From positions 15,113 to 79,112 of IMG/VR virus record IMGVR_UViG_3300049460_000150: DNA of 64,000 nucleotides; one strand, 5' to 3'. Positions 1-8,566 of the stretch are shown here, piece after piece. A program made the position numbers and the translations under genes. The notes under the pieces were generated by a model. It searched no databases, was not told the DNA's origin, and was given only the letters and a program-made list of their open reading frames with translations. Source of the DNA: a virus. The stretch's first letter is position 1. Each line of letters starts with the position of its first letter.

Positions 1-465
1 GCGCTTTACGTTGCGTCCGTCGATGATATCTCCTGACACAACATCCTGCCCTGTCAGGAAGCGATATTTAGTCTCCGAAGTACCCTGGAACATGATCGCT
101 TCAGGCTTCTCGAAGTATGCGTAAATGAGGCCCATGTCTGATAGGCCAGTGTCGCGCTTTACCTTGGAAACCGGATCGGTCACGACCACTCGGCGCTTCC
201 ATGCGTACTGGTGGGAGACGTAGGCGACCCGGTACGCCTCTGCCCAGGCAAAGTCTGGTGCAGTCTCCAGCAGGAGTATCTTACGGCCTCCAGGGTCAAC
301 TACAATCGCTCCTATGCTCGCAATTCCAGGCGACTTGACCATCAGCTTACGGTAGGGCATCTGGTCCTTGGTGGGCGCTTCCGCGAGCGGGCCGAGTAGC
401 GCCATGAAACGCGCTCCGTCCAGGCGGCGGAACACCTCGAACAGCCGGTTTGAGGTAGCGCGCAT
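1..465 (-). CDS. virion neck/head-closure type protein (partial, runs off window start)
   Basis: ATG at 465 immediately after the stop of the 467-1201 gene; frame open to position 1 (MRATSNRLFEVFRR...); position downstream of the head genes. Confidence 0.5.
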   Translation of the reverse strand, partial: MRATSNRLFEVFRRLDGARFMALLGPLAEAPTKDQMPYRKLMVKSPGIASIGAIVVDPGGRKILLLETAPDFAWAEAYRVAYVSHQYAWKRRVVVTDPVSKVKRDTGLSDMGLIYAYFEKPEAIMFQGTSETKYRFLTGQDVVSGDIIDGRNVKR

Positions 466-466
466 G

Positions 467-1201
467 TTAGGCTCCGGTGATGCGGTCAGCCTGCGAACTG
501 AGCGAGAACAGGTTGTGGCCGACAGCGACGGAAACCGTGCCACCGATAGCATCGGTTATTTGCTGCAAACGAGCAGCAAGTTGACCGCGCAAGTCACCCT
601 CAAGTTTTATGAAGTCCATGGCCGCACGTTCGAAGCCGGAATTGTCTGCCTTTTCCGACTTGAGCAAGCGGCTCTGCATCGACTGGCAAAGTGACACGGC
701 GGCTTGCAGCGCAATGGCGTTGTTCGCGGCCATGGCAATTACGTCGGTGCGGCGCAGCGCGGTATCGATGGCGGCACCATAGATCGCGGCCAGCTCCATG
801 TAGGCCGCGATAAGGTCGATATCGTCGTCCGGCAACTCGTCATGATCGGCACCTACAAGGGCGCGCACGGACTGCGGCCCTTCCGTCATGGGGATCATGT
901 GGTGCAGGCGATACGCTTTCGAGACCGAATACGGCTTCGAATTGTACATGAAATCTGCGCGCAAATAGCGCGACTCAAACAGCACGTTCGAGGGGATATC
1001 GCTGAGGGCCAGTGACATCACCACGGACATCTGGGTCGGCACGGCATCTACAGGCTGGGAGAAGTTGTACTTCTGGATGATGGACCCGCCATTATCCCAG
1101 GCTGTGAAACCGATGGTGTTGGCGTCCGGCACAACCGGCTGGCCGTCAACCATAAATTCCAGTATGACAGTTTGAGCCTGTCCGGCTAGACGCCATTCCA
1201 T
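467..1201 (-). CDS. putative head-tail adaptor/neck protein
   Basis: 244 aa, translationally coupled within the head operon, two genes after the major capsid gene; call is by synteny. Confidence 0.5.
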   Translation of the reverse strand: MEWRLAGQAQTVILEFMVDGQPVVPDANTIGFTAWDNGGSIIQKYNFSQPVDAVPTQMSVVMSLALSDIPSNVLFESRYLRADFMYNSKPYSVSKAYRLHHMIPMTEGPQSVRALVGADHDELPDDDIDLIAAYMELAAIYGAAIDTALRRTDVIAMAANNAIALQAAVSLCQSMQSRLLKSEKADNSGFERAAMDFIKLEGDLRGQLAARLQQITDAIGGTVSVAVGHNLFSLSSQADRITGA

Positions 1202-1662
1202 TATGCGCTCGCTTTCTGAGCTGCGGCAGCGGCGGCGATTTCAGCGAACTTTTTCTTCGATTCATCAGCAGCTTTATCAGCAGCCTCTTTGTCTGCCTGA
1301 GCCTGGGCTTCTTCAGCCGCTTTACGCTCGGCGTAACCAGCGGCGGCTTCGGCTTCCTGTTCGGTATTCAAACGGCGCTGTTCTTCGTCAAACATGGATG
1401 ACTCACGGTTGTGGACGAAACTGAGGAAAGAGCTGATAGCAAGATCGACGTTTTTGTCCGACTCTTTCCAGAACTTTTCGAACTCGGCATCGGTGGCGGA
1501 ATCCGGCAGCTCGCCGCCCAGTGGTTCGATGCAACGGCTCATTGCCAGGGTCTTGACGAATTCCGTGACGGTGACGACCGATGGGCGGAAGGCATCGATC
1601 ACCTCACCCAAGGTGGTGTTCAAACGGGTGGCGGAATCTTTGGTGATTACGAGGGCTTTCAT
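1201..1662 (-). CDS. hypothetical virion-associated protein with charged Ala-rich C-terminus
   Basis: 153 aa, AAGGA RBS, follows the capsid gene. Confidence 0.55.
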   Translation of the reverse strand: MKALVITKDSATRLNTTLGEVIDAFRPSVVTVTEFVKTLAMSRCIEPLGGELPDSATDAEFEKFWKESDKNVDLAISSFLSFVHNRESSMFDEEQRRLNTEQEAEAAAGYAERKAAEEAQAQADKEAADKAADESKKKFAEIAAAAAAQKASA

Positions 1663-1713
1663 TGGATTTCCTTGAAAAAGTTTGGGAGGGACGACTGGGA
1701 AATTATAGACGAA

Positions 1714-1739
1714 ATAAAAGCCCCTTGCGGGGCTTTTAT
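1714..1739. terminator. bidirectional intrinsic terminator after the major capsid gene
   Basis: ATAAAAGCCCC-TTGC-GGGGCTTTTAT perfect inverted repeat. Confidence 0.85.
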
Positions 1740-1760
1740 CAAGTGGTCAAGACCAACTGC

Positions 1761-2945
1761 TTAGGCGCTGAAGTCCAGGATTTCACGGGTGTCGCCGAAG
1801 GCCAGCTTGTAGCCGCTGTTTTCGGTCTTCACGTACGTGATCGACTGGTTGAGAATCGAGCGCTCGTTTTCCGAGATGGCGGAGCCGGCTTCGGTCAGTT
1901 CTTCCAGCGTGTCGGACTTCGAGTAGCCCAGCAGCTTGTTAGCTGGCATGGTGCTGGACAGGACGAAGTTGCAGTTGCCGCCCAGCATAGGCAGGTTCAC
2001 ATTGATACGCGGAGCGCCCTTCTCGGCCAGCGCGTCAGCTTCGGACTTTGCAGCCGACAGCGACGGGGTGAACATGAACAGCAGTTCCAGGTACATATCG
2101 ATGTTGCCGACCAGCGTGTCGATTGGCAGACCAGCCTTGGCGCGGGAGACCAGCCAGCGTGCCAGCGCTTTATACTGTCCGCTGATCGGATTCGCCGTAC
2201 CGGCTGGCACGATACCCTGGAATGAGGTGAATGCCTTGGTCCCGGCGGCAGCATTGACACCATCCCCGTTGACCAGCACGGAGGTCGCGGCGCGCACCTT
2301 CGAGATTTCCAGTTCGCGGCCAATACGCGCCGCAAACGGGGTCATGATGTCCAGCGAGACGCGGCGCTCGAATTCGTACGAGGTGCGGATACCGGAACCG
2401 TGCTTGTAAATCGCCACCGAAGTTTGGCTCGACTTGATCGTGCGAACTGGGATGTTACCCAGCTCGGAGATGGACGAGGTGCGACGGGCTTCGGCGTCGT
2501 CATCGATCACGGTCGAAATCAGCTCCGTACCGGCGATGGTGCGCGACTGCGCGATCATCGGTGCGACGGTCTCGATTTGGTCCTGACGATTGCGCCAGCG
2601 GACCATCTGGTCGATCACTTCCGGGAACATGGCACGGGTGCCAGGGAACTTTTGGAAGGTATCGGCAGCGGCTTGCAGCAGCACGCCTTGTTCCAGGTCG
2701 TCGCGGAACGGCAGTTGCAGTTCCATGAAGGCCGCTTCGAGGCCGTTCAGGCCAGCGTACTTTGCAGCCGTCGCGGAGGCAGCAGGGTTGATCGCCAGCA
2801 TCAGGTAGTTAGCCATCGACAGGCCGCTCTCCTTTGCCTGGGAAACCAGCTTTGCCGCTGCATCGCGGGAGACGCCTGGGTTCGTGTCGCGCAAACCGGC
2901 CAACACAACTTCAGGAGCGCGGCGTGGGATGTCAGTCAGATTCAT
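1761..2945 (-). CDS. major capsid protein (HK97-like, by size and synteny)
   Basis: 394 aa, after protease/scaffold and decoration genes, followed by a terminator; ELGNIP / KHGSGIRTSYE segments resemble HK97-fold capsid motifs. Confidence 0.8.
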   Translation of the reverse strand: MNLTDIPRRAPEVVLAGLRDTNPGVSRDAAAKLVSQAKESGLSMANYLMLAINPAASATAAKYAGLNGLEAAFMELQLPFRDDLEQGVLLQAAADTFQKFPGTRAMFPEVIDQMVRWRNRQDQIETVAPMIAQSRTIAGTELISTVIDDDAEARRTSSISELGNIPVRTIKSSQTSVAIYKHGSGIRTSYEFERRVSLDIMTPFAARIGRELEISKVRAATSVLVNGDGVNAAAGTKAFTSFQGIVPAGTANPISGQYKALARWLVSRAKAGLPIDTLVGNIDMYLELLFMFTPSLSAAKSEADALAEKGAPRINVNLPMLGGNCNFVLSSTMPANKLLGYSKSDTLEELTEAGSAISENERSILNQSITYVKTENSGYKLAFGDTREILDFSA

Positions 2946-2976
2946 GTAGTTCTCTCCAGTTGGAAGTTGTGGTGTA

Positions 2977-3375
2977 TTACAGGAAGATTACGTCAGCGCT
3001 CAGGTTGGGTGCGTCGATGGACACAACCAGCGTGCGATTCGCCGCCGCAGCCTTCTTAACGACGCCGGGGGTGGCCGAGCCGCAAACGCTATCGCCGATT
3101 GCCAGCGCGCCAGTGTACGTGACTTTGAAGCCGCCCTTGTGATCGACCGTGCCGATTTTGATGCCTTCGATCTTGCGGTCTTCGTACGAAGCCAGCATAC
3201 CGATAGGTTGCTCATCAACCGCCAGCAGTTTGACGGTGTTTGCAGCGGTCAGGTCTTGCGCGACCAGCTCACCAACGTCATCGAACGTAACGACGCCGGA
3301 AACGTTCCAGGTCCACGCCATATCTTGCGGGATGAGACCGCGCAGGGTGACGCCTGCACCAATGATACCAGCCAT
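2977..3375 (-). CDS. capsid decoration/cement protein
   Basis: 132 aa, Gly/Ala/Val-rich beta-type protein between the scaffold and capsid genes. Confidence 0.6.
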   Translation of the reverse strand: MAGIIGAGVTLRGLIPQDMAWTWNVSGVVTFDDVGELVAQDLTAANTVKLLAVDEQPIGMLASYEDRKIEGIKIGTVDHKGGFKVTYTGALAIGDSVCGSATPGVVKKAAAANRTLVVSIDAPNLSADVIFL

Positions 3376-3410
3376 GTGTTTCTCCTAAGTGATGTTTTCG
3401 GGGGTGGTTA

Positions 3411-4583
3411 TTAGGCCATTTTGTAGGCCGAAGCCTTGTGAACCGTGGCGGTCTTGTCGTCGCCGGTGCCAGCGTCAGTGCCTTGGGCCTTACCGCCGCC
3501 GAATGCTGCCGAGAGTTTATCACGGTTGACATCGATGGAGGCCGTCAGCTCGGCAAAAGTTGCGGTTTCCGGCAGCACGGCCACGCCTGCCGCCACGCTC
3601 AGGCGGTCGGCTTCTTTACGCACGTAGGCCAGTTGGGTTTTCATGGCGTCGGTGGCAGCGGCCAGATCGGTGACAGCCTTGGTCGCGTCAGCAGGCACAG
3701 CGGCCAGCTTGGCGGTCAGGTCGTTGACCTGGGTTTGCAATGCGGCTTTGGCCGTGGTCAGCTCGGCGTTGGCAGCGGTCAGGGTCGTCACCTGATGCAG
3801 CGCGACAGCTTTGTCTGCGGTCAGATTCGCGTTGAGCGTTACGAGTTCTTTGATTTCCATCTTTTGCTCCGGTTTCGTCGGTTGGGTCAGTGGGGATTGA
3901 GCGAATAATACAGTGGCTTCGGGACTAACGCCAGTGGCCGCTAGTTTCTCATACGCTTCGTTGCCCATCAAGGACTTCGTGCGCGAAAGAATCTTGGCAT
4001 TCTTGGCCGCGCCGAGCGAGACCAGCGAGGTCTCAAGCCAGCGGGCCATGCCGGACAGGATAACGTGCGTGCCGTCCTTGCCGATTTCGTGACCCTCGTT
4101 GCAGACGAGTCCATAGATGTTGTCAGAGGTCGCTTCCGCGCCCAAGTAATCGAAGCCGCAAACCGAGCAGTTGAGGTGCTGGGTTGTGAGGCCCACCGAG
4201 ACCTCTTCGATGGAGCCGGTGTCAACGCCAGAAACCAGAGGGGCTTGTGTGTTATCGATGAAGAACTGGGCGCGCAGCTCAGGAAGGCCCTGTTCATTGG
4301 TGATCTTTTCACCGTCGAAAACGCGACCCACAGGCAGCTCGTAACCTTGCTCATGCAGCGTGTGCAAAGGCACGAAGCCGCCGCCGTGTACAAAGTCAGC
4401 CATTTCCTGAAGCGTGGCTTCAGTGGTCGTGGCACCATTAAACAGGCCACGCTTATTGATAGGCAAAGTGTTCAGCGCTATGGTCTCGAACACGCTGACT
4501 TTTGAGGTGTCGAATTCGGCATCGCCGGTAGATTTAACAATGGCGGCGCGAATCGACGGGGTGATAGTGAGGGCTTTTGGCAT
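3411..4583 (-). CDS. prohead protease fused to coiled-coil scaffold
   Basis: LHTLH...LPVGR and EEVSVG...ETSLV protease-like motifs, CSVCG zinc motif, Ala-rich coiled-coil C-terminal half; lies between portal and capsid genes. Confidence 0.75.
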   Translation of the reverse strand: MPKALTITPSIRAAIVKSTGDAEFDTSKVSVFETIALNTLPINKRGLFNGATTTEATLQEMADFVHGGGFVPLHTLHEQGYELPVGRVFDGEKITNEQGLPELRAQFFIDNTQAPLVSGVDTGSIEEVSVGLTTQHLNCSVCGFDYLGAEATSDNIYGLVCNEGHEIGKDGTHVILSGMARWLETSLVSLGAAKNAKILSRTKSLMGNEAYEKLAATGVSPEATVLFAQSPLTQPTKPEQKMEIKELVTLNANLTADKAVALHQVTTLTAANAELTTAKAALQTQVNDLTAKLAAVPADATKAVTDLAAATDAMKTQLAYVRKEADRLSVAAGVAVLPETATFAELTASIDVNRDKLSAAFGGGKAQGTDAGTGDDKTATVHKASAYKMA

Positions 4584-4593
4584 GATGTTCGCA

Positions 4594-4622
4594 ATCTTAC
4601 TCTAAGGGTTTATAGGAGGCAA
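4594..4622 (-). promoter_or_regulatory. sigma70-like promoter for the scaffold/capsid genes
   Basis: minus strand TTGCCT-17 nt-TAAGAT, 10 nt upstream of ATG 4583. Confidence 0.5.
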
Positions 4623-4640
4623 AAGGTTTTATTTCAACCA

Positions 4641-6122
4641 CTACTTGACCTTGTTGGCCCCTGCATTGTTGTCACGGGCCGGTGCGCCCTTCTCCTTGGT
4701 CTTGGCGGCGCGCTCGGTGGGGCTGTTGCCCTGGTCCGTGGTGGAGCTGGAGGGCGCGGCACCCGTGGCTGGGTCCAGGAAGTTCGTACCGCTCAGGACC
4801 GGAGCGCCTGGAGGTGGCAAACGACCATACATTTCGAGGTGATATTCTTCGTCAGTGATGATGCCTAAACTGAGGTCGTTTTTCAGGCGCGTGGCCTTCA
4901 TGGATTTGTTAGGCTCCAGCTCCGTTTCAGGGCGCAGTTCCACGTCGTCAAAAGTGCATTCAACATAGCTCTCCGAACCTTGCAGGCGCAGGCCCAGTGT
5001 GAAAGCTTGGCTCAGGAGGTCGGCGATTGGCTTGTTGATGGCCTGGGCGTTGAGCGAGAAAACACGCGCTTCAACAGTCGCGGTATTCACGCCGGTCGTG
5101 CCACGGCCAATGATCGTCGCCATCGTGCGCAAACCAGCTTGGTTCTGCGCGTTCAAAGTGTTGATGATGGAGTCGATGTTCAAGGTCATGGCCGACTTCT
5201 CGTTCATGGTCTTGGCTTCCACCGCGTCGTAGTGGACGAAAGCTTGATCCGACTTGATCGAGTTAATCTTCGACGTTATACCAGCCAGAGCCGAGTCCAA
5301 GAACTGCCGCGTTTTCACGGGGTCGATCTTAACGTCTGGCGGTGCGCTTTTCATCACTACTTCTTCCAGCACTTTAACGTCCAGGCGCGGGAAGCCGGTG
5401 ATGTTCATGATGCGGTACAAATCGTTGATGACTTGTTGACGCGCCGCGATGGTATTAATCGCGCTGACAAACGGACTGTAGGTATAGACGTTTGTTGGGT
5501 CCTTGCGGAACCATGTGCAAAAGAACTGCGGGATGTCGAGCGAGATGATATCGCCGCTCAATGCGCGCTGCTGCGGAGTGAACTGGGCGGGGGCCTTCTC
5601 AAACCACTCGATCTTTCCCATGTCTACTTGCCGCAATTCCATCGGCAAAAACTCCTTGCTGATGACCAGCTCTGCGCCGATACCTCCGCGCAGCAAAATC
5701 ATGTAGCGCAGGTCCTCCGCGATAGCCTTCATCGACTTGACGTTTTTGTAGCCTTTGGAATAGTCGAAACGCTTGGTCAGAGCATTGACAAGTTGCGCCA
5801 TCATTTCCTGGCCTGGACGATCCACCTGTCCGTTGACATCCTTGACCAGATAACGGAAGGGGGTATCCGCCACGGTTAAGAAGGCGTTGACGGACGCGCT
5901 CATGTCCGGGTCCGTACGGAACAAATCCTGGAGCAGCGCACGGCTGTCCAGGCTTGTCCGGCTGGTGAAGATGTCGGTGAGGTGTTCCCGGTAGGCCGGG
6001 AGCGACAAGATGTTGTTGGTAGCCGAAGGGTTAAAGGTCGAGGTGGTTGCTACGCCTTTGTCGTTCCCCTTCTTGCCTGGGAGTAGGACCTTTAACCGAT
6101 TAACGAGTGAGTTGGTTGCCAT
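4641..6122 (-). CDS. portal protein
   Basis: 493 aa directly after the terminase large subunit; typical portal size and helical composition. Confidence 0.8.
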   Translation of the reverse strand: MATNSLVNRLKVLLPGKKGNDKGVATTSTFNPSATNNILSLPAYREHLTDIFTSRTSLDSRALLQDLFRTDPDMSASVNAFLTVADTPFRYLVKDVNGQVDRPGQEMMAQLVNALTKRFDYSKGYKNVKSMKAIAEDLRYMILLRGGIGAELVISKEFLPMELRQVDMGKIEWFEKAPAQFTPQQRALSGDIISLDIPQFFCTWFRKDPTNVYTYSPFVSAINTIAARQQVINDLYRIMNITGFPRLDVKVLEEVVMKSAPPDVKIDPVKTRQFLDSALAGITSKINSIKSDQAFVHYDAVEAKTMNEKSAMTLNIDSIINTLNAQNQAGLRTMATIIGRGTTGVNTATVEARVFSLNAQAINKPIADLLSQAFTLGLRLQGSESYVECTFDDVELRPETELEPNKSMKATRLKNDLSLGIITDEEYHLEMYGRLPPPGAPVLSGTNFLDPATGAAPSSSTTDQGNSPTERAAKTKEKGAPARDNNAGANKVK

Positions 6123-7879
6123 GTGGGGGATACCTTATTGGAGCTGGAAGAACCAGCGTGGATACCGATCAATTTCGAATCATTGTACCCGCCAAAGACG
6201 GCACCAGCAATTGCAATAGAGGTTTGCACCGCCGAATTCAGCCCCATGTCAAGCGCGATGTAGGCCACAGCCGTGAGCATGAAGCCCGCCGCGTGGAAGA
6301 TGTGGTCTTGCGAGTCGAGCTTGCGCCAGACGGCAGGCTGTTCCGGCTGTTCGTCGCGCACCATATTGCGCAAATGCGTGACGATATCGTTCTCCAATGT
6401 CCCGTATCCGCTGAAGGAAATGTATTGGCCGCGAATAGCCGCTGCAACCTTATCCAGAAGCATGGTTCTATTCGCCTGCAAATACAGCACTTTTCCGAGC
6501 GGGTCTTTGACGACATTAATCTCCTTGTCACCACGGTATTCGCAAGGCAGGATTCGACCGTGGGTTGCCTCACGAATTGCATCAGCCGTATTGCTCTCAG
6601 GATGTCGGTCGCAAAGACCGCCCATTACGTTGTAGGCGTTGCACAGCTCTTTGGCTCGATCCACGATGCGGCCAACAGGGCAGGTTTCGACCATGACCAC
6701 TTGCATGGCTTCGATGCTATAACCCTGGCCGACAGTGATCGTGCAAAAGTGGCCCATGTCGATGCCTACCCAGGTCGGCACATGCTTGTTGATCGTTGGT
6801 ATCTGCGCCATGCCGGTGATGCACGCCTTGATGGAGGCTTCTGAGATGCGCGCCGTGGAGCTATCTTCAGGCTCGCCCAGGATGGTGTTTTTGAAGCGGC
6901 GAATGGTCTGCCCCTTCTTCTTCATATCGACCAGCTCAAGGATCACGTCGCGTGGTGGGCGAGTGGACACGGAAAACGGGTTCACGCGACGGCCCCGTGC
7001 ATACTGGCGGCTTGGGTATTTGGCGACCCATGCGCGGTTCGATTCACGGCCCAGGTCCAGCGGGGCGCGGCAGCGCTCGCAGCAGACGTAAGAAGCCTCC
7101 AGATCGATCTTGAAATGTTCGATGGTGCTTTGGTCCAGTTCCGTCAGCGACTCCAGGCCCGATGGGAGGCCAGGGAGGTGGATGAACTTTTCTTCGAAAA
7201 GAGGGAACTGCCAGTGGTTGCAGGCGTCACACTTAATCAGGTACTCCATCTGGTCGCTGTTTTCGTACAGCGCATGGATGCCATATTGCGTGAAAGTCGG
7301 CGTACTAAAGTAGCGCTTGATCTTCCAGTCGGAATTCAGCAGACGCGAGCTGAAAAGGCCAGCGATGTCCATGTCGTGCAAATCGTACTCATCCAGGAAC
7401 ACGAAGTCGGCGTCGGTGGAGGTGGCATCGCCCTCCTTGGAACCCGTCATATATAAGAAGGACTGATTGATCTGCAAAAGCTGGATCGAACGCACCGGCT
7501 TGTTGCTGCTGGTGGTCTGCTTATTAAATATGTCAGTGTCCTCCACCATGGGCATCACGCGGGTCTGCACGTTCTTCTTGCGCATGTCGTCGTCTGGGTA
7601 GGCGTAGATGCCTTTGGTGTTGCGATGACGCGCCAGGAAGGCCAGGGCGGCGCGCTGGAAAATCTCCGACACACCCACCTGGGAAGGCTTGATCGTCGCC
7701 GAGTTGCGGTGGTCGTCGTCAACCAGGGCGCGCTGGAAGGGGTAGCGGTTGAACGAGAAGGGCTTGCCCTTCAAGGTCGTGTTTTTGCACAGCCATTCGC
7801 TGGTCAGCATGTCCGACGCTTCGATAGCAAAGCGGCTGACAAACAGGTTGTAGAGTTCTTGGGAGTATTGATTAGCCAT
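6092..7879 (-). CDS. terL: terminase large subunit (lambda GpA-like)
   Basis: FPFQ-like adenine motif (YPFQ), KPSQVGVSE Walker A variant, VFLDEYD Walker B, STPT coupling motif, CDAC...CERC zinc ribbon, VGIDMG nuclease motif, C-terminal DHIFHA; start taken as ATG 7879. Confidence 0.9.
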   Translation of the reverse strand: MANQYSQELYNLFVSRFAIEASDMLTSEWLCKNTTLKGKPFSFNRYPFQRALVDDDHRNSATIKPSQVGVSEIFQRAALAFLARHRNTKGIYAYPDDDMRKKNVQTRVMPMVEDTDIFNKQTTSSNKPVRSIQLLQINQSFLYMTGSKEGDATSTDADFVFLDEYDLHDMDIAGLFSSRLLNSDWKIKRYFSTPTFTQYGIHALYENSDQMEYLIKCDACNHWQFPLFEEKFIHLPGLPSGLESLTELDQSTIEHFKIDLEASYVCCERCRAPLDLGRESNRAWVAKYPSRQYARGRRVNPFSVSTRPPRDVILELVDMKKKGQTIRRFKNTILGEPEDSSTARISEASIKACITGMAQIPTINKHVPTWVGIDMGHFCTITVGQGYSIEAMQVVMVETCPVGRIVDRAKELCNAYNVMGGLCDRHPESNTADAIREATHGRILPCEYRGDKEINVVKDPLGKVLYLQANRTMLLDKVAAAIRGQYISFSGYGTLENDIVTHLRNMVRDEQPEQPAVWRKLDSQDHIFHAAGFMLTAVAYIALDMGLNSAVQTSIAIAGAVFGGYNDSKLIGIHAGSSSSNKVSPTWQPTHSLIG

Positions 7880-7940
7880 GGCGTCGATTATAGCAGCGAA
7901 AAATATCTCATAAATGAGAGGTTTGGGACGAAAAAGCATA

Positions 7941-7957
7941 GGATGATACTATCATCC
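7941..7957. promoter_or_regulatory. 17-bp palindromic operator GGATGATA-C-TATCATCC in the divergent terL/primase intergenic region
   Basis: perfect 8+1+8 inverted repeat; identical copy at 14592-14608. Confidence 0.7.
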
Positions 7958-7960
7958 ATA

Positions 7961-7989
7961 TTGCGCCTAGGGTGCCTGTAACGTACACT
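7961..7989 (+). promoter_or_regulatory. sigma70-like promoter for the 8020/primase operon
   Basis: TTGCGC-17 nt-TACACT. Confidence 0.5.
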
Positions 7990-8019
7990 CTTTTCTCCAA
8001 CTAAATAGGCGAGAAAAAC

Positions 8020-8550
8020 GTGTCCAATCCCAACGATTACCTCTACCCCGATGTGAGTGTCCAGAACCTCCGCTTTGTTGAGGTCATGCGCCGCCTGCAT
8101 AAAGAACACCCAGACTATTTCACGAACCAGCGCTGCCCGTACCCCAACGAGGTCGAACGCTACTTCCGCTCCTGGTTCGACACGTCCGTGCGCCCTGCTG
8201 GCCGCCCTGCTGGCCGCGATATGGGGGCCGACTACGGCGACTCCTACGACCCTCGCGCCGACGCCCTGCTGGGCGAGGACAAATGGGACGCTCTATATAG
8301 AGAGGTGGTCGAGCTGTACGCCTCCCTGAAAAACGCCAAACCATCGGCTGGCGACTCGTCCGAAAGCATGGCCTACTTCCGCACGGCAACGGGCCTGCTG
8401 GATAAGCTGGTCGGCCACCAGGAACGGTGCCTGGGCATCAAGCAGGTTGCCGAGTTCCACAAAGTAGTGCTGGACATCATGGAAGGCGTGCTTTCCGAAG
8501 ACCAGCGCAACAAGGTCATGTCCCTGCTTAAAGATTCCATCAAGAACTGA
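8020..8550 (+). CDS. hypothetical helical protein (candidate terminase small subunit or replication accessory factor)
   Basis: 176 aa, GTG start, divergent from terL and upstream of the primase gene; function unsupported. Confidence 0.6.
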   Translation: MSNPNDYLYPDVSVQNLRFVEVMRRLHKEHPDYFTNQRCPYPNEVERYFRSWFDTSVRPAGRPAGRDMGADYGDSYDPRADALLGEDKWDALYREVVELYASLKNAKPSAGDSSESMAYFRTATGLLDKLVGHQERCLGIKQVAEFHKVVLDIMEGVLSEDQRNKVMSLLKDSIKN

Positions 8551-8566
8551 TACTAGAAAGAGCCTT

